64,000 nt of DNA from Mytilus californianus (lineage: Eukaryota). The stretch spans positions 30,442,001 to 30,506,000 of the forward strand of contig NW_026262679.1 of assembly GCF_021869535.1 (NCBI RefSeq). The letters are read 5' to 3'. The notes beneath the pieces were generated by a model. It was not told the DNA's origin. It saw nothing but the letters and a program-made list of their open reading frames with translations, and searched no databases. The translations under genes and the position numbers were made by a program. Positions 47,601-55,525 of this stretch are shown piece by piece; the first letter of the stretch is position 1; each line of letters begins with the position of its first letter.

Positions 47601-49664
47601 TTTCCATAATCTATTAAAGGTTTGACGGTGGCAAATATGAACAATGTTATCTGTACGTTCAGAACCTTTGCAGCAACTCATTTATAACGCATTGGTTATC
47701 TGTTTATCTTGAGGTAAAAATTTAAAAATTCAGATATATATATATATAACATCTAATGAGCGCTCAGGTGTTCCGATGACGGTGGTCATTTTCGCATTTT
47801 ACGCAAAAAATATAAATTGTGGTCATTAAAATTCATTGGCAAAAGACTTTGACGAGAGAAATATAAAGTTTCGACTTCGTCCATTTTGTTTATATTTTTG
47901 GTTTCCCGGACTGGAATTGCTTACCACAGTTTAACTTTAGCAACACACGTAGTCAGTTCATTTTTGTTACAAAAACATTGCGGACTTTGAAATAGATACT
48001 ATTAAATGTACAACTGTCTTGCTTTTTTGAAGCGTCTGTCACCATTATAAATTATGTATGAAAAATATTTTTGAAACCCCAGGAACAGTTTCTTCTTATA
48101 AGTGATTGGAATGACAGTCTAATTCACTTCATTTATTTAATAGTTGTAAAAGGTTTTGAACTAGCTTTTAGTAACAGTGTGTACTTTAAGGACGGTATTT
48201 TGTGTCTTTAGTCTTGTAGTTATTTTCTTTGGTTTTGTCCATTTGCTTAGTCAATCATTTGTAAACTGATTATACAGTTTGTTCTTATGGTATGCTGTTA
48301 CACCACTGTCTAAGGTAAGGGCATGGTTGAGCTCTCGAAAACATATTAGACACCGGCAAATGATGAATGCACATGTCCTTAAACAGGAGCCTCGAATTCA
48401 GTGGTTGTCGTTGATGCTGATTACAATATATTTTGTTATTGCTGGTACATTTATCATGATGTTAGTTTTCTTTTTTGAATTGTTTAACGTGTTGGCATGC
48501 ATGGGCCTTTGATAGATTTCTATATACACCTCTCATTGTTTGATAATTGTGGTAGGTTGCACTATGTAATTACAACTATTTCACAAATTACGCCTCTTTT
48601 GGGGAGAAATTTGATATTCATAGATACTTTATTTTGTTTACCTACTGGTTCCCATATGATCTATATGCTTCATCTCGTAGACACACTTTGAATATGTTAC
48701 CAGTTTAAATAGAAATGGATAGCGGCCAAATTGAATTCTGAGGAAGACCAAAAGTGAAGGGAGGTAGTACAGAATTTTCTTTTAAGTTAAACTCTTAGAC
48801 GTTCGAGGCATACATGTATACGTGTTGAAAATATGCCACACAGCCCTATATTTTGACCTTTAAAAAAATAGTAGTGCATATAAACTTTCCATTCTAGGAT
48901 ATAATTTTTTCAGAAACTTCTTAGTAAAGGTGGCACAGTTTGAGCCATAAAAAGAGTTCCTATGGGAAATTGCATTGTCTATATTTACAGAAGTCCAACC
49001 TGAAGGCTGTATTGTGATCTATAATTGTTATGATCCACGTCATTTGGTTTCTGGTTGATCGTTGTCTCAAAAGCAATCATACCAAATCTTTTCTTTTATA
49101 TTATTTTATTAAAATATATGCCAAGAAATCTTTTACAAAATCATGTAAACTTGACCTTTAAAAAATTTCTTTAAAATTTCACTGCTTTTTTTAAATCGTT
49201 TGCAATCAACATTCAAATCTATATACAGGATAGTTTTCTGATCCATATCAATGTATTCGTATTGACGATGATATTATATGTAAACAACAATGGCCTTTTC
49301 CCGTCTTGACGTAAATGACGTCTTTATTCAGAATCAATGTTATTCTAAGCAAGTATTCTAAGAAACAGTCAGTCAGAGATTCAAATATTGAGTTTATTTT
49401 GTAATTTTTTGATAGCGGGGTACATATAATTTGTTGACTATTGTGATAATTATTTTTGCTCCATGAACCCTTTTATGTTACTTAATGGTAAATCATGTTA
49501 TTGGAACGGACAGTTTTTAAGGTTATTATTTTAACTAATTAAAATCAGATTTATTTTTGAGATCCATGCACTTATCATTTTATTTCTTTTCAGACAAAAG
49601 AGAGTTAGACAAGATCAACACTCTCCAGTCTTTGAATGCAATTAAATGCGTTCATAATTTTTAA
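2465..49664 (+). CDS. TRPM: TRPM-like (melastatin family) cation channel gene, 20 coding exons, 3246 nt CDS, about 1081 aa
   Basis: All exon junctions are phase-consistent. Motifs appear in TRPM order: PKLVLSIIGDS and VPVLTIVAEG...LIVKGSGKAADFIA (SLOG/MHR1-2); LLKAAIVADR (MHR3); DLLIWAIFVNRPKLATIFW and LNKIWY (MHR4); FVAPLTRF (pre-S1); six hydrophobic segments; FWNILD (S3); LGPKIIMIKEM; pore PYWQIYGD; S6 NLLLVNLLIAVF; TRP box WRYLR. Subfamily orthology is not determined. Confidence 0.93.
3712..3902 (+). CDS. TRPM: TRPM-like exon 2 (DSLILYKGSS...KKYGW), phase 1-0
   Basis: Acceptor ttttgcag; donor TGG|gtagga. Confidence 0.85.
5143..5706. mobile_element. MITE-like element
   Basis: Imperfect TIRs aggtccggtaag / cttacggggcct (10/12 match); no clear TSD; ends 57 nt before exon 3. 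Confidence 0.45.
5764..5917 (+). CDS. TRPM: TRPM-like exon 3 (DYWQRK...LEDKP), phase 0-1
   Basis: Acceptor tttattgtaag; donor T|gtaagt; bridges the phases of exons 2 and 4. Confidence 0.85.
6939..7089 (+). CDS. TRPM: TRPM-like exon 4 (LQWNVPVLTIVAEG...KGSGKAADFIAEFIE), phase 1-2
   Basis: SLOG motif; acceptor attattag; donor AA|gtaaga. Confidence 0.92.
7854..8025 (+). CDS. TRPM: TRPM-like exon 5 (DKISIS...KENKCL), phase 2-0
   Basis: Acceptor tctttcag; donor TTG|gtaagt. Confidence 0.88.
8380..8527 (+). CDS. TRPM: TRPM-like exon 6 (LTIIDINK...DAVTRAIISGW...QIKP), phase 0-1
   Basis: Acceptor tcatgacag; donor CCAG|gtatag; resembles the TRPM segment L.V...D.AIL.AL. Confidence 0.85.
9104..9351 (+). 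CDS. TRPM: TRPM-like exon 7 (VQSYYHAC...KRATIE), phase 1-0
   Basis: Acceptor ttttatag; donor GAG|gtagtg; open frame. Confidence 0.8.
9646..9849 (+). repeat. Family B repeat (Penelope-like 3' end)
   Basis: gcaggatctgcttacccttccggagcac...gtatctttcgcctctc. Confidence 0.8.
10085..10355 (-). repeat. Interspersed repeat sharing the ctcctgacttgggacag motif with family A
   Basis: aataaaattgagaat...gaatgtgtcaaagagacaacaacccgacc. Confidence 0.55.
13580..13785 (-). repeat. Family A repeat
   Basis: cgacaaccactgaactacagg...gacttgggacaggcac. Confidence 0.7.
13790..14165 (-). mobile_element. HINE/satellite-type element fragment
   Basis: gtttcagaggagaagatttttgtaaaa...ggacgcc...gatgactgacgcc. Confidence 0.5.
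15690..16145 (+). repeat. Family F interspersed repeat
   Basis: caggttcaacc...gtcctgtaccaagt...cagcggtatactactgttgcc; also at 34250-34602 and 57395-57775. Confidence 0.75.
17222..18450 (-). mobile_element. 5'-truncated Penelope-like (Naiad-type) retroelement: RT C-terminus plus about 700-nt 3' region (repeat family A)
   Basis: Minus strand NFPFLDGDVPLAPSYGVHIS*LVRYARVC..FDERNLCITDKLLSQGFRYHKLLKTFTKF, continuing directly into the family A repeat. Confidence 0.8.
18890..19075 (-). pseudogene. Penelope-like RT C-terminal fragment
   Basis: Minus strand YGVYISKLI...VKLKFSLRKLYARH. Confidence 0.6.
19248..19364 (+). CDS. TRPM: TRPM-like exon 8 (NFNMLLKAAIVADRDEYVSVLL...HIYT), phase 0-0
   Basis: Acceptor ttttattag; donor ACG|gtatat; MHR3 motif A.V.DR..FV.LL. 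Confidence 0.88.
19999..20052 (+). CDS. TRPM: TRPM-like exon 9 (ETIQSQQKAKTALRNVFK), phase 0-0
   Basis: Acceptor ttttttcaatttcag; donor AAG|gtaaaa. Confidence 0.75.
20848..20856 (+). CDS. Candidate 9-nt microexon (RLN), phase 0-0
   Basis: tgtttattttttttctatttatatgcag|CGGCTGAAT|gtaaga; strong sites and frame-preserving, but no transcript evidence. Confidence 0.4.
20927..21118. mobile_element. Tc1/pogo-type MITE with TA flanks; related copy at about 45760-45960
   Basis: TA|CTGTGAATGC...caattttcgtggatt / aatccacgaaaattgg...GAATCCTTAG|TA. Confidence 0.55.
21376..21550 (+). CDS. TRPM: TRPM-like exon 10 (WGSSPV...EKKKKEKKKKDK...LLGYPR), phase 0-1
   Basis: Acceptor attttaag; donor AGAG|gtatgt. 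Confidence 0.85.
21972..22427. repeat. Rearranged local duplication of 24064-24512 (half inverted)
   Basis: 22188-22427 is a direct copy of 24064-24301; 21972-22184 is the reverse complement of 24300-24512. Confidence 0.9.
22447..22996 (+). repeat. Local tandem repeat, 216-bp unit, about 2.4 copies (first unit 244 bp from an internal 28-bp duplication)
   Basis: gcatattgttttt at 22447, 22691 and 22907. Confidence 0.9.
23110..23468 (+). repeat. Family A repeat
   Basis: Ends ggagagttgtctcattggcactcataccacatcttctt. Confidence 0.8.
24228..24590 (-). repeat. Family A repeat, just upstream of exon 11
   Basis: Reverse complement of the 23110-23468 type. Confidence 0.8.
24671..24790 (+). CDS. TRPM: TRPM-like exon 11 (DTSLNR...DLLIWAIFVNRPKLATIFWMKCEQPL), phase 1-1, GC donor
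   Basis: MHR4 signature; acceptor aaaacag; donor T|gcaagt. Confidence 0.9.
24965..26200. mobile_element. Possible TIR element with (CGAAA)-rich inverted arms at 24965-25075 and 26060-26200
   Basis: aatgagaaa..gaaacgaaac..gacgaaacatagaaaaa mirrored; termini and TSD unclear. Confidence 0.35.
25241..25470 (+). repeat. Family B repeat
   Basis: acgacgggtgccacatgtggagcaggatctgcttacc... Confidence 0.8.
27423..27513 (+). CDS. TRPM: TRPM-like exon 12 (LCALLASSVYKRMA...TAQS), phase 1-2
   Basis: Acceptor ctcatttag; donor AG|gtattt; resembles TRPM AL.A.K..K.M. Confidence 0.85.
28247..28478 (+). CDS. TRPM: TRPM-like exon 13 (RLFADRALDL...RLNKIWYSG...GFWK), phase 2-0
   Basis: Acceptor ttttacag; donor AAG|gtaaaa. 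Confidence 0.92.
28860..28985 (+). mobile_element. Decayed hammerhead-like repeat fragment (possible third family)
   Basis: gagcatca-TTCAAGA-aac-ttttatt-gtc-GTAA-ttcaca-TC-tggttc keeps hammerhead spacing but the core is mutated. Confidence 0.4.
29456..29500 (+). CDS. Possible extra 45-nt exon (DITAFIRSSSKICLK), phase 0-0
   Basis: Strong pyrimidine tract and acceptor cttctcttcag; open and frame-preserving; weak donor AAA|gttatc. Confidence 0.3.
29655..29887 (-). mobile_element. Family B 3' end, inverted
   Basis: Reverse complement of the family B tail. Confidence 0.65.
29960..30475 (+). mobile_element. Penelope-like RT C-terminus plus 3' region (repeat family B)
   Basis: IRYSSACISYHDFLDRGLLLTRKLVNQEFKVVKLKSS followed by the ...ggagcacc..gatcacc..ggggttcgtgttgct...gtatctttcgcctctc tail. 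Confidence 0.8.
30575..30710 (-). pseudogene. Penelope-like RT fragment, inverted
   Basis: Minus strand FLCSNIAAAPSY...IRYSTACVSYHDFID. Confidence 0.7.
30926..31027 (+). CDS. TRPM: TRPM-like exon 14 (KGCLKAWCCCCKKGSPCEGPKLFVAPLTRFLLHY), phase 0-0
   Basis: Acceptor tttttgtgcag; donor TAC|gtaagt; pre-S1 F.AP...F motif. Confidence 0.9.
31045..31660 (-). repeat. Family A repeat, starting about 20 nt after the exon 14 donor
   Basis: Matches 17222-17840. Confidence 0.8.
31729..32338. mobile_element. pogo/Tigger-type MITE
   Basis: TA|CCGTAAATT...AATTTACGG|TA. Confidence 0.5.
32420..32630 (+). mobile_element. Family D retrozyme-type repeat with a broken hammerhead (CTGATGAGTC at 32582; GAAA/stem III deleted)
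   Basis: Similar to the copies at 50220-50330 and 57775-58075. Confidence 0.6.
33066..33209 (+). CDS. TRPM: TRPM-like exon 15 (S1-S2; VFFFGALV...GDILEEYRNA), phase 0-0
   Basis: Acceptor acttttag; donor GCG|gtatga; S2 EE.R motif. Confidence 0.9.
34250..34602 (+). repeat. Family F repeat, 3'-truncated and fused to the Tc1 relic
   Basis: Same motifs; breaks at ctcttatagttga. Confidence 0.75.
34602..35645 (+). mobile_element. 5'-truncated, inactivated Tc1/mariner (DD34E-type) transposon
   Basis: QTVRNRL, WRQVLFTDESKF, FQQDNARCH, LPWPA motifs; in-frame TAA after FNF; a deletion removes the PIEH catalytic Glu with a frameshift; right TIR-like end aacgtttcttttttttgcctag followed by TA. Confidence 0.9.
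36318..36341 (+). repeat. C24 homopolymer
   Basis: Direct count. Confidence 0.9.
37480..37800. repeat. Palindrome plus 29-30-bp minisatellite
   Basis: 37500-37552 is inverted at 37596-37650; then about 5 units of ggaatatttgttatattataaaagtt. Confidence 0.8.
38914..38955 (-). ncRNA. Minimal type I hammerhead ribozyme (retrozyme family C, copy 1)
   Basis: Minus strand GCGTTC-CTGATGA-AGGTAAATCTA-GAAA-AGCGCT-TC-GGACGC: 6-bp stem I, intact core, palindromic stem III AAGCGCTT, UUC cleavage triplet. Confidence 0.85.
39264..39305 (-). ncRNA. Minimal type I hammerhead ribozyme (family C, copy 2), exactly 350 nt from copy 1
   Basis: Minus strand GCGTTC-CTGATGA-AGGTAAATCCA-GAAA-AGCGCT-TT-GGACGC; UUU triplet. 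Confidence 0.8.
40156..40455 (+). CDS. TRPM: TRPM-like exon 16 (S3-S4 and S4-S5 linker; ...FWNILDV...LGPKIIMIKEM), phase 0-0
   Basis: Acceptor tttgttttcag; donor ATG|gtatgt. Confidence 0.95.
40595..40830 (-). mobile_element. Retrozyme family C partial copy with hammerhead at 40604-40645
   Basis: Minus strand GCGTTC-CTGATGA-AGGTAAATCTA-GAAA-GGCGCT-TA-GGACGC; the flank matches the 350-nt unit (ctaaggtcaacttgcc...cttagtttc). Confidence 0.8.
40990..41370 (+). mobile_element. Decayed, interrupted family D repeat with a degenerate hammerhead near 41298-41345
   Basis: gagtgccactgat...gaaatgtccatctggcgta. Confidence 0.5.
41505..41790 (+). mobile_element. Decayed, internally deleted Penelope-like RT end and family B fragment
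   Basis: FLCS...LIRISRACVSYHE then acaacgggtgcca...caggatc. Confidence 0.5.
44604..44799 (+). CDS. TRPM: TRPM-like exon 17 (S5 and pore; LKDLFRF...PYWQIYGDSMLEKFD), phase 0-1
   Basis: Acceptor cattttcag; donor G|gtaagc. Confidence 0.95.
46064..46223 (+). CDS. TRPM: TRPM-like exon 18 (outer pore with Cys pair and S6; ...NLLLVNLLIAVF), phase 1-2
   Basis: Acceptor atttcag; donor AG|gtttgt. Confidence 0.95.
46936..47135 (+). CDS. TRPM: TRPM-like exon 19 (TRP helix; YRFERVQENSEKLWRYLRY...PAPVNL...), phase 2-1
   Basis: Acceptor ccttcag; donor T|gtgagt. Confidence 0.95.
49594..49664 (+). CDS. TRPM: TRPM-like terminal exon 20 (YKRELDKINTLQSLNAIKCVHNF-stop)
   Basis: Strong acceptor tttatttcttttcag; phase 1 matches exon 19; TAA at 49662-49664. 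Confidence 0.78.
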
Positions 49665-50070
49665 GATGGCTCACAGAAGAAAAATTATACCTAGTGTATT
49701 AAACAGATCATTATGAACTTATATGGAACAAAGAAATATGGAAGATACAAGAAAAACAAGATGGAACATGAAACATTAAATCATGGATGAGAAAATGAAT
49801 ATACATAATATGATATACATGTACATAGCTTTACACAACCTTGAAATTGTTTTAGATCACTCGAGACATTTTTCATTTTGCCTTTATGAAGTTTTATGTA
49901 TGATTTAAAATGCATTTATATGATGTTTATGATGCTAATCTGTGTTATAACGATCCTAAATCAGTAGTCATGGAGAGTTAATTTCTCGTGTTTTAATTGT
50001 ATATCCCCATTTTATTCTAAAACTGCCTTTAATTTCTACCCAGATATTATTCGTATTGATATTCATGAAG

Positions 50071-50076
50071 AATAAA
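50071..50076 (+). promoter_or_regulatory. Candidate polyadenylation signal AATAAA
   Basis: About 400 nt after the stop codon; the AT-rich context makes chance occurrence likely. Confidence 0.25.
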
Positions 50077-50245
50077 AACATTGTGAGCGAACTGCATTAA
50101 GATGAAAACTGGCTACGACATAAACTGCTTGATTTAACGGTGTGATTAGATTGGAATTATGACACGAAACAACAATGGCGAAAAGAAAATATCGAATGTA
50201 GTTAAAGAAATAAAAAAAAATGGCCTTATTAACTTTTTTATTTGA

Positions 50246-50289
50246 GCGTCACTGATGACTCTTTTGTGGACGAAACGCACGTCTGTCGT
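50246..50289 (+). ncRNA. Hammerhead ribozyme of a second retrozyme family (D), mildly mutated
   Basis: GCGTCA-CTGATGA-CTC-TTTTGTG-GAC-GAAA-CGCACG-TC-TGTCGT; C-C mismatch closing stem II and one stem I mismatch. Confidence 0.7.
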
Positions 50290-52139
50290 ACAAAATTTTT
50301 ATCCTTGTATCTATGATAAGTTTATTGATAGTCAATCCGTTATATCAATTGCCCAGCTGAACAATGTAAAAACGCATTTTAAGATTTCCGTGAGCAGAAA
50401 CATGAGTTTCTTGACATACCTTTTACGCCAAAACTCGGAAAGCATAAATGAGGTGTTATAGCTATAAGTTACTTCCCTTTTAAATTGTTATATATTCCTG
50501 GGTGGTTTTTGATTGCATGCAAATATTTCAGTTTTCTTTGCCATATTTTTATTTAATTTTCAAATATCGCAAAGGAACGACATTTTTACTTTTAATATTT
50601 TTTATTTGATATCTGCTTATTTTGTATCTTTTTTATTTTTGTTGACCATTTTGAAAGAATTTTATGTGTAACTGTTCTTATACATGCGTGATTGTTCCTG
50701 ATGAGAGTGAGTGTAGAAAATCGCTTTAGGCGAATATATGGAACGCAACAGCTGTCTTATGTGGAACTCTGATATTACTTTATGTTGTTTTATTATTACT
50801 TGATGATTTTTTGACTTTACTTAATATGGTTTTGACATTACGTAATGTTGTTTTGATATAACTCAATATGGAATAGTCATTACTTGATGATATTTCGATA
50901 TTACACGATATGGTTTCGTATTGACTTGATATAGTTTTGTCATTACTCAATGTGGTTTTACCATTATTTAATGTGGTTGTGTCATTAGTCCATGTGGTTT
51001 TAACATTACTCGATGTGAATGTGACTTAACGTTATGTAGTTGTTTCATTATATGATGTTGTTTTGTTATTTCGTAATGATGATTTGCCTATTCTTTATAT
51101 GGTTTTAACATTACGTAATGATATTTCAAAATTTGCCGATTTTACACTACATGATGTGTTTGTTTCATTATTTGATGTGGTCCTGTCATTCTTTGATGTG
51201 GTTATCCCATTACTTGACGAGGTAAAATCACGTGATCATTTCGGAAAAAAATATGTTCTATTTTTAAACAGATTTCAATATGTCGTTTGTTCAATGTGCT
51301 TTGGATGGGTATCGCTATCCATTGAGTTAAAGTTCAAATTAAAGTTCGAATGGTTGTGCAGAGTTATTTGGTATGAAAAAGAGGAACGGCAGATAATGAT
51401 TAGAAAAAAAGTACTAAAAAGATTACAGTATTTCGGACATAATTGGGATATCACCAAACCACTTGGTGCTGCCGTTTTTGTTTCCATTAGTTCTCAAATG
51501 GGTGCAGTATTATAATAAATTTGTAAAATATTCCACGGAACTCTGTGTCTCGCCTGATATTGCTGCTGTAAGTGTAAGAGCGTAATGTTGACCGGCTGTA
51601 CATTTATAGATACATTTATTGGTAAAAACAAAATTTAAAAAAAAATGTTTTTCAGTAGATGCTTTTTTTTTTTGATAACTCCCATACAAGTTTTAAAACA
51701 CTTAATGGCGGTGTACAAATTAATCATGTCAAAACAGTTTAATTCGGTAATATTTAACTAAAAAAGACTGTATGGTTTTTTACCATGAGCAAAACCCATA
51801 CCCCATAGTAAGGTATAAAAGGTCCCGAAATGAAAAATGTAAAAAAAATAGAAACCTAACGATCTAAACGATGGAGACGCCGACGCTACTATCGACGACG
51901 AAATTTCGGTTTGTTGTGTCTCATAGAGACATCATACATTGATGTCGCAGGCTCGATATAAATAAAAAGGGGGGGGGGGGGGCTCGGACTAAGCGAGAAA
52001 GCAGCAATACTATAAAATAAAAATTCTCCGATTTATTTTTAGCGTGAATGATCATTTGAACATATACGAATATCAACCTTTATTTTTAGCAATTGGATAT
52101 CCTGATCTACCTCGCACTAATTGAAAAAAAAAAACTTTT

Positions 52140-52330
52140 TGGAATATCTGTTTCAAATGTGACGACGGATATGTTCCAGTTGTCGTAACCATAATACCGT
52201 CATCTTTTCCTCGAATGTGAACTACCAAATAAAACCAAATCACTGGGTTTGTACTTTCACGAATAACACGACGGGTGCCACACGTTGAGCAGAATCTCCT
52301 TACCTTTCCGGAGCACCCGAGATCACCCCT
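52140..52330 (+). repeat. Family B fragment nested in IS3EU-like element 1
   Basis: Matches 30120-30310. Confidence 0.7.
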
Positions 52331-52386
52331 GATGGATTTATATTACCCAGTCATACCAATCAATTGAGTCAGCCAATTGAATCTGT

Positions 52387-52870
52387 TTTTTATGCCCCTG
52401 CAAACTGAAAGTTGGGGAGGGGGGCATATTTTTTTACCCCTGTCAGTCCGTCCGTCCGTCCTATTATGGATATATAGTTATTCCGCATAACTCCTCCTAC
52501 AGTTTGAATCCTAGGAAATTTTCTCTTTACTGTCTGTTTGTACATATATTGAAAGTTTGCATGTGGTCAGGGTTTTGATTTTTATCAATATTTGCTCTTT
52601 TGGGAGATAGTTGAACTTTGTCATATTTTGGAAAATTTACTTGCATAAGAGGAGCGTTTCCAGATAATTTCTCCTACAGTTTGAATGCTTGGAAGTTTTC
52701 ACTCTGCTGGCTGTTTGTTCATATATTGAAGGTGTGCATGTGGTCAGGGTTTTCATTTTTATTAATTTTTGCTGTTTTGGTGGATAATCGAACTTTATCA
52801 TTTTTGGGGTATAAGCGGTTAAATATTATAGTAATTTTAAAATAACACTTTGCATCTGCGGGGGCATCAA
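52387..52870 (+). mobile_element. Helitron/Helentron-associated non-autonomous element (HINE-like)
   Basis: ttttatgcccc...ggggcata subterminal inverted pair, (GTCC)n microsatellite, two about 177-bp internal tandem units, terminal gcggggcatc. Confidence 0.7.
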
Positions 52871-52999
52871 TTATGTCTCCCAGACACAATAATATCTCAA
52901 GGAAAGTCCTACATTGACTTTGTTATAATACAGTTACTTTAGAGTGGAGTGCGGGGGGCATCATTTTGTCTAGTTTACATTTTTTTCTCATGTTGTGCT

Positions 53000-53265
53000 G
53001 TTACACTACTGTAACAGTCTGATGTTAGGTTAGGATTTAGCGCTCACATACATGTTAAACTCCGCCATGTGCACTTTCTTTTTGTACCTGTCCCAAGTCA
53101 GGCCATGAAGTTCAATTGTTGTCGTTGTATCATGTGTGTCATATTTGATTTTTGTAGATTGTTTATTTATAAATTAGACCGTTAGTTTTTTCGTTTGAAT
53201 TTTTTTTCAAATTTTCACATGGTGGCCTTTTGTAGCCGACTATACGGTGTGTTGAAGGCTGTACA
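53000..53265 (+). repeat. Family A repeat nested in IS3EU-like element 1
   Basis: cctgtcccaagtcagg...gttgtcgtt...gccgactatacggt. Confidence 0.65.
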
Positions 53266-54349
53266 CTGTAAGATAGCTCGAATTTCAACTTGAAATCTTA
53301 ATTAATCTAAATGAGACTTAAATTCGAATCTTACTTAAACTCTAATTCAAAAAGTGACTCAAATTAAAAGTTGTAACTAGAACTCTACCTTTAAATATGA
53401 CTCAAACTCGAAGTTCAACTCGAAAATCAATGCTAACTAGAACTTTAATTCTAATAATGGCTTGAATTCGAAATCGAAAACTAACTCAAAGTTTAACTCG
53501 AACAGCACCCGAAGATTCATTTGAACTCTAATTCGATGGATGGCCACACTCATCCAAGGCACATACAATATGGAAATCTATCTAAAAAATAGAACAGGTT
53601 TTTCCGAATTGGTCACGTGGTTTTACCTCATCAAGTAATGGGATAACCACATCAAAGAATGACAGGACCACATCAAATAATGGAACAAACACATCATATA
53701 GTGTAAAATCGTCAAATTTTGAAACATTATTACGTAATGTTAAAACCATATAAAGAATAGGCAAATCATCATTACGAAATAACAAAACCACATCATGTAA
53801 TGAAACAACTATATAACGTTAAGTCATATTCACATCAAGTAATGTTAAAACCACATTGCCTAATGACAAAACCACATTAAATAATGGTGAAACCACATCG
53901 AGTAATGACAAAACCATATTGAGTAATGACAAAACTATATCAAGTCAATACGAAACCATATTGTGTAATATCGAAATATCATTAAGTAATGACTATTCCA
54001 TATTGAGTTATATCAAAACAGCATTATGTAATGTCAAAACCATATGAAGTAAAGACAAAATATCATCAAGTAATAAAAAAACAACATAAAGTAATATCAG
54101 AGTTCCACATAAGACAGCTGTGGCGTTCCATACGAATACATATTCTTTTATAAAAGCATCACTTATTATCATCCGCTAGAGACGAAGCTTTATGGCGCCA
54201 TGATGGCTAAGCTGACCTTGTCGGCTGGATACGAATCAAAGGAAAATTATTTACTGCTTTCACATGTTTTGTATGTAACAATTGTTTTTGTTTATGTTTC
54301 TTGTCATTAAAATTTCTGCTTGTATTTATGGTCGTCAGTATCATTTAAA

Positions 54350-54510
54350 GAATGCTCATGTCGGGACGTTTATAGTTGATTATGCGGTATGGGATTTGTT
54401 CACTTTTGAAAGTAATACAGTTGCCCATTATTGCTTACATCCACTTCATTTGAACTTTGGTGGATAGTTGTCTCATTGGCAATCATACCACATCTCCGAT
54501 TCTTTATTTT
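54350..54510 (+). repeat. Family A 3' end
   Basis: gttgtctcattggcaatcataccacatct. Confidence 0.7.
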
Positions 54511-55089
54511 GGTATCATACCCATCCATTGTGTCTCAGAAATACTTCCTTTACAGAAACAAAAAGTTTGAGATCCTGTATATTTATTCTTTGCAAAGAAT
54601 CCACAAAATGTATTGATGTTTAGCGGCCGGTATAACCACAAAAAAAAGAACATCAATTCATCTCTGTATTTTAGTTTTTCGATTTGTAGAGTGCATGTGG
54701 TCATTTTGTGTCAGTCACGAATTGATACACCATAAATTTAATTTTCAATTTATTGTTCTTAATTTAACACTTTTAAAATGTATGTTAATTTTATGATCAT
54801 GATGATAGCCACTTAAAATTATAAGAAATTCATTGTTTTACAAAAATTACTTGTTGCAAATTCTTTAAAATCTTTAATCATCTATCATTTCTCTAGAAGT
54901 ACTAATATATGTCTTTGTGAATAAAGTTAAAAGTAGTTTATCCATGAATATACAGGGGCTATTGGGCACACTTTAGTGAGGCAGAAACCGAAAAATAACA
55001 AATAATGATTTAGAGATAAGCACTTGCTTTTAAAAACATTGTTCCACTACCAAACTGTCTATTCTACTTACTAGTACAATTGGTACAAT

Positions 55090-55525
55090 CAAAACCTGGA
55101 AATAAATTGTTCAAATAAGGCCTTTGGAAATAGTGGAATTAATTACTTTTGGAGTGTCAAAAATTCGTTGGAAGTACTTGATAAATTGCATGCTCATATT
55201 GGTGATTTCGAATCTGTTCAAAGTTTTGATTTTTCTACCTTATATACCACTTTGCCTCATAATCTCATTAAGAAAAAAATCACATACCGTATCAAATGGG
55301 CATTTAAAAAGTTAGAAAGCGAATATGTGTTCAAACTCTTTCAAGTCATTTTTTAATAACAACAAACAAAAGAACTATGTTAATTGGACCTGCTTTGATA
55401 CGACAACTGCACTTGAATTTTTACTAGAAAAAATTTTTGTTTGCTATAGGGATTCCGTATATCGTCAAGTTTTCGGAATTGCAATGGGGACTAACTGTGC
55501 ACCACTTATTGCGGAACTGTTATGT
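55090..55525 (+). pseudogene. Penelope-like RT core fragment
   Basis: SFDFSTLYTTLPH and, after a frameshift, YRQVFGIAMGTNCAPLIAELL. Confidence 0.8.

Larger units (their letters stand above)
50737..54132. mobile_element. Non-autonomous TIR transposon, IS3EU-like, with about 600-bp TIRs built from 21-bp minisatellite units and 6-bp TSD CGAATA
   Basis: CGAATA|TATGGAACGC...GCGTTCCATA|CGAATA; arms about 50737-51350 and 53510-54132 are reverse complements; no transposase ORF. Confidence 0.85.

Noticed and set aside
51063-53791. Nearly identical ORFs at 51063-51515 (+) and 53582-53791 (-) suggesting duplicated genes
   Set aside because: Mirror translations of the 21-bp minisatellite TIRs; ORF 53856-54047 has the same origin
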